Source: Nemertoderma westbladi (Eukaryota > Animalia > Xenacoelomorpha). Taken from it: a DNA stretch of 64,000 bases. The stretch lies in NCBI GenBank assembly GCA_032718475.1, contig JAUCBJ010001237.1, forward strand, positions 50,496-114,495, read 5' to 3'. Positions 48,535 to 60,905 of the stretch are shown one piece after another. A model generated the notes under the pieces. It saw nothing but the letters and a program-made list of their open reading frames with translations, did no database searches and was not told the DNA's origin. Each line of letters starts with the position of its first letter. Position 1 is the first letter of the stretch. The position numbers and the translations under genes were made by a program.

Positions 48535-50148
48535 TTATAAAACATTAACATTCCAAATTACACCTTTCCTTTTCAACCTTGTTGATAACTTTATCAAGGC
48601 TTTCTGTTTGGCATCCAGTTCGTTGTTTGGTGACTCACTATTCGCCTTGACCTCAGATTGTTTGTCTATCACTGTCACCCGAACCCATTTATCCCCTCCC
48701 CTCACAAACTCCGTAACAAACCACTCGATATTCCGTCCATTACAAACCTCACTCAACACCTCTGCATCTCCTTCATTTGGAATGTCTACATCAACAGTTG
48801 ATTCACCAGATATTTTAGTATCATTTAACTTTTTCCTTGTATCATATCTTTGCACCTCGACATGTGGCATGTAATTATTTACCGATATCCGTGGAAACAT
48901 GACATTGTCAACTGGGTAACTAAATTCTGAACTAATGCTGGAAGACCGAGAGATTGAATAGTAGTCGCTGGATGTGGAAGCGCTGCGTTGGAATGCAGGA
49001 TGTCCAGAAGACGATGAATCTGTTGACACCAGTCGCTGCAAGGTATTTCCAATACTCTTATCTACTATGTTAGCTATTTCCTCGTGGACCTTTATATTGG
49101 ACAGAAACCTCTGGATACTGGAAGTGACAATCTCGGATATCCGCTCTTCATCGATACTCACTGAAAAATTTCTATCTAATTCGAGTTCGTCAATAGATGA
49201 AGCCGAACAGGTTTTTCGAGAACTATTTTTGTAGTGTTTTGTGAACTCTGACCTTCTATCAGCTGCATTCGGATTGCTAACAGATCTACCATAAACCAAA
49301 TCCCCTTCTATTTGATTGTCTTTATCAACTGACATCTGTCCAATGCATGTTTCCTTTGGAACATCGGCAACCGTGGTATTACACGACAAATAATCCTGGC
49401 CAGTACCAGAACTACATGTTCGAAAAGAGATAGTTTCAGAGAAACCCGTTGAATCCAACCAACAATGAAGATTACTCACATCCCAATAAGGGGTTGGGGA
49501 GAATCTCAAATATTCAACTATCAAAGATTTTAATTTATCAGCAATGTCAGGTCTATCAGTATCACTATGATTCATCAATGAATGAAACAATTCAATCTGT
49601 ATAGGAATTATTGGACGTCTCTTTAATAACAACATGAAGTACTCCATGGCCGCAGTTTGTCCGTATTTCGTGGAAATACAATCAATAAGTTCTCTTTCGC
49701 GGGCGTTATCATTTAGTAGCGTAGGAATTGATCTAATCAATAGGCTAGTATCGAAGTCAGATAAATGAGAAAATACATTAGTTACCCCATCAAAAAACTC
49801 ATTAATGCAATTAATTTCATTATCATCTTCTTTACCATTGCTTAAACTTTTAGCAATGTTTCCATAACCTAGCTCATCAAACACATCAATAAGATGCTTA
49901 AGAAAGTTTGAAGGATTGGAATGTTCACGACAATTAGTAACAAGCGTAGAAAATAAGGAACATGCAACAACGGAAATATGTTTTCCTGATGTTAATTCCT
50001 CTAAGAATCCATCGCGTTCAATGTTAAATTCCATCTTGCATGCATAATTTGTATGCTGAAGAAAATTCCAAGGATTAAAGAATTTCGTTAGCATCTTTTT
50101 ATTATTGAGTATGGTTTGAACTTCAGGTATTTCTTCCTTATTGGCCAT
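48535..50148 (-). CDS. Uncharacterised 537-aa protein with two putative N-terminal CARD/death-fold-like domains and a Ser-rich C-terminal half
   Basis: Uninterrupted 1.6-kb ORF from first in-frame ATG (MANKEE); two ~90-aa helical units ending FLKHLIDVFDELGYGNIAKSL and ELFHSLMN...RPDIADKL. Fold call is by eye. Confidence 0.7.
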   Translation of the reverse strand: MANKEEIPEVQTILNNKKMLTKFFNPWNFLQHTNYACKMEFNIERDGFLEELTSGKHISVVACSLFSTLVTNCREHSNPSNFLKHLIDVFDELGYGNIAKSLSNGKEDDNEINCINEFFDGVTNVFSHLSDFDTSLLIRSIPTLLNDNARERELIDCISTKYGQTAAMEYFMLLLKRRPIIPIQIELFHSLMNHSDTDRPDIADKLKSLIVEYLRFSPTPYWDVSNLHCWLDSTGFSETISFRTCSSGTGQDYLSCNTTVADVPKETCIGQMSVDKDNQIEGDLVYGRSVSNPNAADRRSEFTKHYKNSSRKTCSASSIDELELDRNFSVSIDEERISEIVTSSIQRFLSNIKVHEEIANIVDKSIGNTLQRLVSTDSSSSGHPAFQRSASTSSDYYSISRSSSISSEFSYPVDNVMFPRISVNNYMPHVEVQRYDTRKKLNDTKISGESTVDVDIPNEGDAEVLSEVCNGRNIEWFVTEFVRGGDKWVRVTVIDKQSEVKANSESPNNELDAKQKALIKLSTRLKRKGVIWNVNVL

Positions 50149-50829
50149 AAGATCAGCTTGGCACACTCATCACGGTTTATTATGAAGGAACATTTAACAC
50201 ATCTAAATAAGTTATAGATAAGATAAGTACACTTGTAAATATACAGTATAGTAAAAGCGCATTAACGCTTTACTGCACTGTACTCACTCTAATACCATTA
50301 GTGTACCAGTTCTATCTAATGTAAGCAAAGCAAATTGGAGACATGAGGGGGGGGGGGGGGGGGGCGAACTGGACGCAAATCCCGCCTTGGCGAATTAATA
50401 TCCTGCCTCAACGTTAAATTCTAAATTTAGGGAAAGGAGCAGGTTACAGTGGCACGTAATTTTAACCAAAACAATAAACTAAGCAGTGGGAACAAGCACA
50501 ATAGAACAGATTAGTTTTATTTTTGAGAGAAATCAGCTGTTATTTGCATCGCATTTCCCCCTGGAGAGGGATGACTTTTAATTGCGTCCAGTTTCCCCCC
50601 TATCTGGCAAATTTAACATGAACATTGAATATATATTATGGTATAATAAATGAATTATCAAAACAACAGTATTCTGGTTATCTGCAATACTTACTATATT
50701 CATATAAACCCATCTCTGAAACCTCCACCTATCTATATAATATAATATTATATATACCGCATAAGTCCTCATAACCTTATAATGACATCATGAAATCCTA
50801 CATGCAGTTCCCCACACGACCACTCAGAT

Positions 50830-51350
50830 GCCGCCATTTTTTAAGGCATGTGTATGGGTCCGGGTACCAGTCCAGGTTGTAAAGGTGTTAGAGCCAGCCT
50901 CCCTCAGTCATCCAACTAACAGGTCGTGTGTTTGTGTTTTAGACCCAGAAAAAGGAGCAGCCCGGGTTTCAAACTCTTGTGTGTCCAAAAGTTTGTGTGG
51001 TGACCTCCCTGCCTTACAGCCTTATAGGGAACAGCCAAGAGAGAGGAGCCTCCGGGTCGCCTCGGGTGTTTCTCGATTCAAGATCACTGATAACTTTACT
51101 TATTTAGGTCAGGGTCGAGATTGAGATGATTTCCTAAAGGCCCATCAAGTTCATGGAGGTTCAGGTTGTAAACCTGGAAACTGGGCTTGCTGGGGGAGTA
51201 AAGAAAAGGGTTGTATAGTGAGCGTATTAGACCTTGGGAGATAGTGTGGCGCCCATCCTGTCTTACAAGCATATCAGCCGAGAGAGAAAAGCCTTTGGGT
51301 TGCCTCCATGGGTTCGTGTTTCACACGTTCACTGAATCACTTTACTTACA
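50830..51350 (+). mobile_element. Two degenerate SINE-like units in tandem
   Basis: Both end CAGCCRAGAGAGARRAGCCTYYGGGTYGCCTC...ACTTTACTTA, similar to the tail of the SINE at 2385. Confidence 0.5.
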
Positions 51351-52749
51351 AGTTCAAACTCGTAAGTGAACGTGAAATGATATCGCACAATCCCGAAATT
51401 TTGGTCATTACAATTTTAGTAGGATATTTACTCAACCCACTTACCTATTAATAAAAAAAAATCTCCTAAAAAATCGCCTAATAAAAAAAATAAAGAAATA
51501 GGCCTAGGCCACCCACCATCTGACCATGACATATGCAATATGGGCTATGGCAGTATGATGGCCCTTCGAACCTGCATTAAAAGGCAATACTACCGGTATT
51601 GCCAGCCCGGTTTAATATACAGTCAGGCGGCTGGTACTGGTAGGGAATTAATAGGTTCTACTAATCCACGGTTTAGGGCTCACTGATCCCGGACCGCGGA
51701 CCGGACTCGGATCAGTGGTTGGAAATACAAAATTATGTAGGCTACATAACATACTGACATAGGCGATATGCCTACCGGAACAACAGCAGAAATACAGGAC
51801 AGGCTACACGCTACAGGTCTACCCGTCTACCTACAACAGTATGACAGTACTGGCAATTAGAGGTGTCCTATAAAGTGTTACAAGCTGAAAACAGGACAAG
51901 GTACAATGGTCAATAAAACACGGAATATGGAATAGGCCTGCCTATGCATGCCGTCAAGTTGCTAGTTCGCAGGTCCTAAATCCGAAAGTCCGAAATTGAT
52001 GTGTCGGTACCATGACTGACTGACAGCAGCACAGGTAGTATTACTAGTATTTCAGTATTTGGTTTATTATTTTGGATAAGCTGATAAGGCAGTAAGGATT
52101 TAAGGCCTCAACCAAATTAAAATTTTCATGTAAACCTATTAACTGAGTAGAACTAAAGTTACTTACTTCTGTACCGGTACTCCTTCCTAGTCAGGTACTA
52201 CTGTACTACCGGAACTGTTCGACTATGACTGTATGACTGTACTTTAGAAACAACATACATAGTAACTCATTTTGAATTTCCCTCCTTTAACCCTGGTATT
52301 GATAGAGACATTGAACCACTAAACTCTACTGGCTGGCGGTGGTGTTTTATTATTATTATTATTAATATGAATTTACATTATGTTATCGTCAATGTTCATA
52401 TTTTAATTGCGTAAATTTTAGCTGATTTGACGTCTAATAAAAAATTCAAATTCCAATTCCATTCTGTACTTCTGATATAGCCTATACCGCAACCAAAGCG
52501 TACGCCTTGACCGCAACACATATATACTGTAGTAAATATTACCTTTACTGGTTCTTTAGTGGTATGCACATAATGAAGGGGCTTCCCCCAAATAAAATAA
52601 AACATGAACGAACATATTGTGATAATGGGTTACACTATAATAAAAATAAGGTCTGTAAATAAAAATGTTTGACAATTATCTAACGATCTACACTATTTAC
52701 ATTAAAATTAAGCAATAAGAAAATCGAACAATCTTGATATTATACATTA

Positions 52750-54600
52750 AAATGGAACAATCTATACATTGTATAAAATTTCCTTTTATGGCGCTAAGCC
52801 ACTCCACTAAAAGTTGGTTTAGAGATTTGATTAAAAGTTTATGATTTGAATCAAATATTTAAAATCAATAAAATAAATAAGCAATGAACGATTTATAGTA
52901 AATATAGTCATGATGAATATAACTGTTCATAGTGAGGCGTTACTAAATGGCAAGGGGAAATTATTATTACGATGCAGTACCCTGTTTGTACGTGATGATG
53001 TAGGTTCAATGGTATTATGGTCGCGCCAAGAGAAATTATAATGATCATTAATAATTTTTGAAAGTGGAATAAGATCATTAAGCTGAATGTATCGAGATAT
53101 TGGTAAACGTTTAGTCGGATCAATCAATCTATCTATATAAGATCATGTTTGGATATGCCAATATCCAATCCGATATACGACGCTGAACTGACTCGACTGA
53201 TTTGAGATCACTCTTACTAGCATACCAACAATGTGATCCGTACATTATTACTGGTAATACCATGGACTTATATAAGTTCAATCTGTTATCTGATTTTATG
53301 CGGCGTGAACAGTTCCTCTTTATCATATAGAAGACATTATTTGCCTTCTTACATCGATCATCTATATGTTCACCCCATGTTAGTTTCTCTGAAATTGTCA
53401 TACCTAGATCTCGTTCACTGTTTGTGCGTTCCATTATGTTACCTTATAGAAATCGTGATTCACTGTTATCATTATTTATTACCCATTTGTCAGCATTGAA
53501 TCGAAGTCCACTATTATCTGCCCATTCTACAGTACAAGATTGTCAATATCTATTTGTAAGTTGCGATTTTCACCATGGTTACTGATAGCTAATAATTTCG
53601 TATCGTCAGCAAACTGATTAGGATCACTCTCAACACATATATCTGGGAGATCGTTGGCGTCGACTACATACAAAAGGGAAGCTAAGATTTGATCCTTGTG
53701 GTGCACCACTTTCGGCATCAACTACCGGTGATTGAGCTTCGTCAATTCGGACAAACTGACTCCTGTCTGATAAATAACTGCGAATTGTGAACCATAACGA
53801 TGCTCTGACTCCAAGACGCCACAGTTTATTCAATACTGATTTATGACTCAATGGGTGGAACGCCTTTTGGAAGTCCAGATAAATAATCTCAATACTTTGA
53901 CCATTATCGTATGCATTGTATACCTTGTCCATAAATAAAAGCATCTGTGTGATTGTTGATCGGTTTTTACGGAAACCATGTCGGGCATTGTGTAGTTGAT
54001 CACGTACTTGTTTGTATAATGGACAAAAGAGGCAACTCTCCTATACCTTCAAAGGTATTGGCAGTAGGGATACTGGTCTGTACATTGGGACTTGTATCCT
54101 ATTTCCCTTCTTGTACTAAGGATTCACACTAGCACATTTCCATTTGATTGGATAATAACTGTACTGTTTTATTAAAGTAAATAAGATTGATAATGATGAT
54201 GCTATATGGTCAGTGGAAGCTTTTAAGAATGAAGGTGGCAATTTATCGGGTCCTCTCGCTTTTGAAGTATCTAATTTCATTAGAATCACCTTTACTGTTG
54301 GTACACTAACATCGTAATCATCAGTCACCAGCGATAATGGTGGGTTGTATTTTGGATCCGTCGGTGGTAAAATTTCAATTGTTTTCAAGTCGGGTGTAAC
54401 GAACACTGAATGAAAGAATTCATTAAATATAATTGCTTTATCAACTGGTAAACATGCTGTTTTCCCATTATGTTCTACCATCGGTGGAATTGGATTTGTT
54501 CGACGAAGACTTAAAATATTTAAATAGTTTGTCTGTTGACCTTAAATCCGATAAATTATCCTCGTATTCCGATTGATCTACATCGAGATCAATTATTATT
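52750..54600 (-). mobile_element. Degraded CR1-type LINE ORF2
   Basis: FNEFFHSVF, KARGPD, YRPVSLL, YLDFQKAF, GAPQGS, FADDTKL, ERDLG, ESVQRR. Confidence 0.9.
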
Positions 54601-55513
54601 TCCCTTCGGAGGAACTCCGAAGGAACGGAGGAACTGTATTCTTTTTTTTTTTTACCATTTATATTTTTTATTTAAATGCTCTGTATTTAAAGCCCTTTTC
54701 TTAAAATACTTTTATGCGCTGTTTTAGAAGTATAGGCCCCAAAGTTTAGAGTGATATATTTAATCTTTGCAGCATTTCATAATAGGCCTAAATTGGATGT
54801 TGGATGTTCTAGAGACTACTGAGTAGTCTTTTGGGACCATTTAATGTTTCCAACATTAAAAATCACAGATCATCAGCCAAGACGCGAGTTAGAAGTTACC
54901 GCTTACTTAGTCACTTTTAGTGGCATCTTTTCTGGCGTTACAGAAAATATGGCATAAAATCTGTCTGTGCCTAATATTGGCGTGAGTAAAAACAAGTGAA
55001 TGTTCTCTAACAACATAAAATAAAAATATTCCAAAACAAAAATTGGAAGAAATGACTTTTGCAATGTAGTGAAAATGCGCTTTTTGTTCCAGACCAGTTT
55101 TATTTTATATTAATAGATCACTCACATTTTTGAGACAGTTTTTCTGACTAAAAAAAACGTCCCAAAAACCTTCCAAACTAAAACCGTCCTAATAGGCGAG
55201 TCAATCCAGCTTAAAACCCAAAAGTAATACGCTGTGGCAGCCCCACATACATTGTACAGTCTCAGAAACTTTGTTATTACGGTCGCCTAGCAACCCTAGA
55301 GATGAAGTCTAGGCCGACTTACAGAATTGTACCACGGTACTGCAGTATGCCTTCAGCAATCACTCGAACTTGAGTTATATACGTTTTCGTTTCGTGGCTG
55401 GACGCCATCGCCACATTGGTGACCCAGCGTCTCAAGACGAACTCTTGAGACCGCGACTCGCAACACGATCCTGCAATCGAACTGGAACAACCACCGAAAC
55501 TGTGTTGACGACA

Positions 55514-56218
55514 ATGGCCGAAGCGACCGCCAACGCCGTTTCTATTAAACTGCCTCCATTCTGGACCACCCAACCCGAGGTGTGGTTCGCCCAGGCGGAG
55601 GCGCAGTTCCACATTCGGAGCATCACCGAGGACGCTACCAAATATTATTACGTGGTGGGGGCCCTCGACCAGGAGACAGCCGCTCGCCTCCTAAAACTCA
55701 TCCGGAACCCTCCAGCAACTGATAAGTACCTCAAACTCAAGGGCCAACTTCTCAAGGCCTTCGGGCTCTCCCGACGCGAGCGCGCAGCCCGACTCTGGGA
55801 CCTCGACGGCCTCGGTGACCGGCGCCCCTCGCAACTCCTCGGAGAAATGCAGGCGCTCCTCGGCGACGACAACGCGGGACTCCTCTTCGAGGAGGCCTTC
55901 CTCCGGCAGATGCCCGCCGCAATCCGCCTCCAACTCGCGGAGGAGGACTTCCGCGACCTCGACAGGGTTGCGGACCGGGCCGACGCGCTGTGGGAGGCCT
56001 CCCGGCAGACCTCACTCGCGGCCCACGCCGTCAGGAAACCGACGCCGGTCCCGCCACAGCGAACCGGCAAGAACTCCTCGTCGGCGTCGACTCCCGCCCC
56101 GCGGGCCCCGAACTCGAACCCGGACTGGTGCTATTATCACCAGACGTTCGGCCCCACAGCCAGGAAGTGCCGCCAGCCCTGCAGTTACCAGGGAAACGCC
56201 CCGGCCGGCCGTTTGTAG
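55514..56218 (+). CDS. gag: Gag (234 aa) with CHCC knuckle
   Basis: [36 protein letters not shown]. Confidence 0.92.
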   Translation: MAEATANAVSIKLPPFWTTQPEVWFAQAEAQFHIRSITEDATKYYYVVGALDQETAARLLKLIRNPPATDKYLKLKGQLLKAFGLSRRERAARLWDLDGLGDRRPSQLLGEMQALLGDDNAGLLFEEAFLRQMPAAIRLQLAEEDFRDLDRVADRADALWEASRQTSLAAHAVRKPTPVPPQRTGKNSSSASTPAPRAPNSNPDWCYYHQTFGPTARKCRQPCSYQGNAPAGRL

Positions 56219-59200
56219 CAGCTACAACGGCCGGCCACACCGACCTGCTGCTGTTTGCCTGGGACCGCGTTTCAGGGAAACGCTTCTTGGTCGACACCGG
56301 GGCGGAGGTAAGCGTTATTCCCGCGACGACTCGCGAGGAACGTTCGGGACAGAGCGGGCCGCCCCTCCTCGCCGCCAACAAAACGTACATCCGAACGTAC
56401 GGCGACCGCTCCGTCAAACTCGACTTCCACTCTCGCCGGTTCCAGTGGAAGTTTATCGCGGCCGACGTCGCCCAGCCTCTCCTCGGAGCCGACTTCCTCC
56501 GAGCGAACAACATGTTGGTCGACCTGAGAGGCCGCCGTCTGGTCGACGCCGAGACGTTGACCTCGATCCCGTGCGGGCGGACTACGGGCCACGCCCCCCA
56601 CCTCGGTTCTGTCACCGCCTCGGACGACGAGTTCGCTCGGCTCCTCGCCGAGTTCCCCGATATTACGATCCCTCGGTTCTCTGACCCCACCGCGAAACAC
56701 GGGGTCGAACATTACATCCCCACCGAGGGACCCCCGGTCTACTCCCGCGCCCGTCGTCTGCCTCCAGACAAACTCGAGATCGCGCGGGACGAGTTCCGGA
56801 AGATGGAGGAGATGGGGATCATCCGCCGGTCCAACAGCCCCTGGGCGTCACCCCTCCACATGGCCCCTAAACCCTCGGGTGGATGGCGGCCGTGTGGCGA
56901 CTACCGACGCCTCAACGACGCCACGACTCCGGACCGGTACCCCATCCCCCATATCCAGGACTTCTCCTCCAGACTGGCAGGGGCGAAGATCTTTTCTAAG
57001 ATCGATCTGGTGCGCGGCTACCACCAGATCCCCGTAACCGAGGCCGACATCGCCAAGACCGCGGTTATAACCCCGTTCGGCCTGTTTGAATTCCTTCGAA
57101 TGCCGTTCGGGCTGAAGAACGCGGCCCAGGCCTTCCAGAGACTGATGGACACGGTGTGCCAGGGACTCGACTTCCTCTTCGTCTACCTAGACGACGTCCT
57201 CGTCGCGAGTCGGTCCCCCAAGGAACACCGTGACCACCTCCGTCAGCTCTTCACGCGCCTCCAAGAACACGGCCTCGTGATCAACCTCGCCAAGTGCGAG
57301 TTCGGTCGGTCGACCATCGACTTCCTCGGCCACCGAATCTCGGCCCACGGCGCCGTCCCGCTCCCCGACAAGGTCGCCGCCATCCGGGAGTTCACCCAGC
57401 CGACCACCGTCAAGGGCCTGCAGGAGTTCGTGGGGATGGTGAACTTCTATCATCGGTTCGTCCCCGCGGCCGCCGCCATCATGCGGTCCCTCTACGCGGC
57501 CCTTGCCGGTAAACCCAAGTCCCTCGACTGGACCCCCGACATGGCGGCGGCGTTCCGGAACGCCAAGGAAGCCCTCGCCAACGCCACGATGCTCGCCCAT
57601 CCCAACGCCAACGCACCGACGGCGCTCACCGTGGACGCATCCGGCACGGCGGTGGGCGCCGTTCTAGAACAGCTCGTCGGCGACTCGTGGCGCCCCCTGG
57701 CGTTCTTCAGCCGCCAACTTCGACCCCCGGAGGTGAAGTACAGCGCGTTCGACCGGGAACTCCTCGCGCTGTACCTCGCTGTCCGCCATTTCCGGTACTA
57801 CCTGGAGGGCCGCGTATTCACCGCATACACAGACCACAAACCCCTGACGTTCGCATTCGCCAAGATCAGCGACCCGTGGTCGAATCGGCAACAACGGCAC
57901 ATCGCCTACATTTCCGAGTTCACCACGGCGATCGAACACGTTGCCGGCAAAGACAACTGTGTGGCGGATGCGCTCTCCAGGACTACCGTCAGCGCGGTTC
58001 GAACCCTCCTCCCCGGCCTCGACTACACGGCTATGGCGTCTGCCCAACTCGCCGACCCCGAGCTGCCAACCTACCGCTCCGCCGTGTCCGGCCTCCAACT
58101 GGAAGACGTCCCGCTCGCCCCCGCCAACGTCACTCTTCTTTGCGACGTTTCTCTCGGACACCCGCGCCCCGTCGTCCCCGTCGCCTGGCGACGGCGCGTC
58201 TTCGACGCCCTACACGGCCTGTCTCACCCCGGCGCTCGTACCACCAAGAAACTCGTCGCCGACAGGTTCGTGTGGCACGGCCTCCGCAAAGAGGTGGGCG
58301 AGTGGGCGAAGACCTGCATCCCTTGCCAGTCTTCCAAGGTGCAACGCCACGTCCGCGCGCCCCTCGGCACCTTCGCCACCCCCCACCGCCGGTTCGACCA
58401 CATCCACGTGGATCTGGTCGGCCCTCTACCACCGTCGCGCGGGTTCACTCACCTGCTGACGATGGTAGACCGGTTCACTCGGTGGCCAGAGGCCGTGCCC
58501 CTCACCGAGACCTCCACCGAGAGTTGCGCCCGGGCTCTCATCTCCAACTGGATATCCCGGTTCGGCGTCCCCGCGGATCTCTCCTCCGACCGCGGTTCGC
58601 AGTTTACCTCCCAGCTCTGGTCCGCCGTCAACCAGCTGCTGGGCACCCAACTGCACCGCACCACGGCCTACCACCCGCAGGCGAACGGACTGGTGGAACG
58701 TTTCCACCGCCACCTAAAGTCCGCCCTGCGGGCCTCGCTCACCGGCCCCGATTGGGTCGACGAGTTGCCGTGGGTTCTCCTCGGAATCCGGACTGCTCCC
58801 AAGGAAGACTTGGGGACCTCCTCCGCCGAGCTGGTCTACGGTGCCCCCCTCACCGTCCCGGGCGAGTTCCTTCCGCCGGCTACGAGCGCCCAGCACTCGC
58901 CGTCCACGATCCTCCCTCAACTCCGGGATACGGTCGGGCGGTTCACTCCGGTACCGACGTCACGCCACGGACTGACTCCGTCGTCGGCTACCTACGTTTT
59001 CGTCCGGCGCGACGCCCACCGGACGCCATTCGAACGCCCCTACGAGGGGCCTTACAAGGTCCTCACCCCCGGACCCAAAACATTTAAGATCGAGATGGGC
59101 GGTCGAACTGAAACGATTTCAGTCGACCGACTCAAACCGGCCCATCTCGATTTTACCGAGCCGGTCGTTATCGGCCAACCGCGGCGCCGAGGTCGACCCC

Positions 59201-59319
59201 CGAACGCACCTCCGGTACCTCCTACACCGCCGGTACTAACGCAAAGACCACCAACCCCAGCCCAACCGCCCGTACAAACTCGATCGGGCCGGACGGTCCG
59301 TCCGCCTGATTATCTATGA
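56191..59319 (+). CDS. pol: Pol (PR-RT-RH-IN) expressed via -1 frameshift
   Basis: GGGAAAC at 56191; FLVDTGA, YLDD, TDHKPL, HHCC, SDRGSQF, GPY; no internal stops. Confidence 0.95.
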   Translation, partial: GKRPGRPFVAATTAGHTDLLLFAWDRVSGKRFLVDTGAEVSVIPATTREERSGQSGPPLLAANKTYIRTYGDRSVKLDFHSRRFQWKFIAADVAQPLLGADFLRANNMLVDLRGRRLVDAETLTSIPCGRTTGHAPHLGSVTASDDEFARLLAEFPDITIPRFSDPTAKHGVEHYIPTEGPPVYSRARRLPPDKLEIARDEFRKMEEMGIIRRSNSPWASPLHMAPKPSGGWRPCGDYRRLNDATTPDRYPIPHIQDFSSRLAGAKIFSKIDLVRGYHQIPVTEADIAKTAVITPFGLFEFLRMPFGLKNAAQAFQRLMDTVCQGLDFLFVYLDDVLVASRSPKEHRDHLRQLFTRLQEHGLVINLAKCEFGRSTIDFLGHRISAHGAVPLPDKVAAIREFTQPTTVKGLQEFVGMVNFYHRFVPAAAAIMRSLYAALAGKPKSLDWTPDMAAAFRNAKEALANATMLAHPNANAPTALTVDASGTAVGAVLEQLVGDSWRPLAFFSRQLRPPEVKYSAFDRELLALYLAVRHFRYYLEGRVFTAYTDHKPLTFAFAKISDPWSNRQQRHIAYISEFTTAIEHVAGKDNCVADALSRTTVSAVRTLLPGLDYTAMASAQLADPELPTYRSAVSGLQLEDVPLAPANVTLLCDVSLGHPRPVVPVAWRRRVFDALHGLSHPGARTTKKLVADRFVWHGLRKEVGEWAKTCIPCQSSKVQRHVRAPLGTFATPHRRFDHIHVDLVGPLPPSRGFTHLLTMVDRFTRWPEAVPLTETSTESCARALISNWISRFGVPADLSSDRGSQFTSQLWSAVNQLLGTQLHRTTAYHPQANGLVERFHRHLKSALRASLTGPDWVDELPWVLLGIRTAPKEDLGTSSAELVYGAPLTVPGEFLPPATSAQHSPSTILPQLRDTVGRFTPVPTSRHGLTPSSATYVFVRRDAHRTPFERPYEGPYKVLTPGPKTFKIEMGGRTETISVDRLKPAHLDFTEPVVIGQPRRRGRPPNAPPVPPTPPVLTQRPPTPAQPPVQTRSGRTVRPPDYL

Positions 59320-60753
59320 TACGTTTCGAGACTGGGGGGGGGGGGTCATGTGGCAGCCCCACATACATTGTACAGTCTCAGAAACTTTGTTATTACGGTC
59401 GCCTAGCAACCCTAGAGATGAAGTCTAGGCCGACTTACAGAATTGTACCACGGTACTGCAGTATGCCTTCAGCAATCACTCGAACTTGAGTTATATACGT
59501 TTTCGTTTCGTGGCTGGACGCCATCGCCACAACGCAATCAATCCCAACCAATAATTGTTAATGACCAAAAAAGTCTATAAAATATTATTTTAGGGAACAT
59601 ATTTTTATAAATTGAAATTCTACATAAATTTTCATAACAAAAGCAAAACAAAAGGAACAGTAGGGAAGAGTAAGTTACTGTATAGCAAATTTGTAGTGTT
59701 CGAGAATGTTTCATTTCAATGGGGAATGAATAAAATTTACATTGTCCTGTCACGCGTAAATTCTTATATCTCGGTAACTAAAGTCGCCCCCAAACTTAAA
59801 AAAAGAATTATACAATTCCATAATAACTATTATACATAATAAAATTGTGATTGCTCTATTGATTTTAGGTTTAATTAATTTATTTGTTTTAGTTTAAAAA
59901 CCACAATAGTTTATAATATAACAAATAAATTTTGAGAATTAAAAAATTTGGTTGGGTTAACTTTTGCGTATTACTTTTGGGTTACCCCCCCCCCCCCCCC
60001 CCTCTTTTTCGCTAGATTGACTGAACTATAAAGATAGATAATCGCAGCACATACAAAGCCCGACACCGGTGAGTGTAAGGGGAGAGTCTTCTCTAAACAG
60101 GAGTCAATCTCTAATTATTTATGTATGATCGATGGAGTGTAGGCCTACATATTATGTTATCCTGTCACGTACCTTACTTTGGTACTGTAGTTTGATTAGT
60201 TAACTAATACAAATGGAGTATTGATGACGTATTGGCGGTTCAGGACTTTTACTGTAGTAGGCGGTTTTTACAGTAGTGTAGGCCTACCGGTAGGCCTACT
60301 GTTAGTGGGCAGAGGCACCAGGTGTGTTTGTTAGGACAACAATTAACAAACGTAGAGACAAGGCCGTTTCGGTTTGATCTTTTAGGAAGCAGGCGAGTTA
60401 ATCAAATATTATAAAATACAGAATGTTATACACCATTAATTAATGTTTTCATCAATTATGCCATTAACCGCAAAAACTGTAGCGAATGGTAGGAACGAAA
60501 TCAAATTACAACGATAGTAGCATTTGTAGATTTGATATCCGTCCTACTGTAAACCTACGCCTACACACACATAGCATACATACTGTACCTACTGCAGCAG
60601 TACCGGTGTCCAAGGCGAATCTGACCCCCCCCCCCCCCCCCCACCGCTCGGAATTATCCACCCCACCCTACTCCTCCCTATAGTATAGACTTGATTGACT
60701 TACCTTACAGTATAATAATACTGTTCCGTACAGGCGTTCCGTACAGGGTAAAT

Positions 60754-60903
60754 GTAGCATTAGGTCCCGTACTACTTGTACCGTAGCATTAGGTCCCGTA
60801 CTACTTGTACCGTAGCATTAGGTCCCGTACTACTTGTACCGTAGCATTAGGTCCCGTACTACTTGTACCGTAGCATTAGGTCCCGTACTACTTGTGCCGT
60901 AGC
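60754..60903. repeat. 29-bp tandem repeat (GTAGCATTAGGTCCCGTACTACTTGTACC) x5
   Basis: Unit starts at 60754, 60783, 60812, 60841 and 60870. Confidence 0.95.
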
Positions 60904-60905
60904 GT

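Larger units (their letters stand above)
55233..59531 (+). mobile_element. Ty3/Gypsy LTR retrotransposon (CsRn1-like), apparently intact
   Basis: Identical 183-bp LTRs (55233-55415, 59349-59531); TSD ACGC; PBS TGGTGACCC; poly-G PPT. Confidence 0.98.

Noticed and set aside
12087-50148. OTUD6B, Ly6-like and CARD-like genes as a functional immune cluster
   Set aside because: Only proximity supports it; OTUD6B is a conserved housekeeping-type gene 34 kb away
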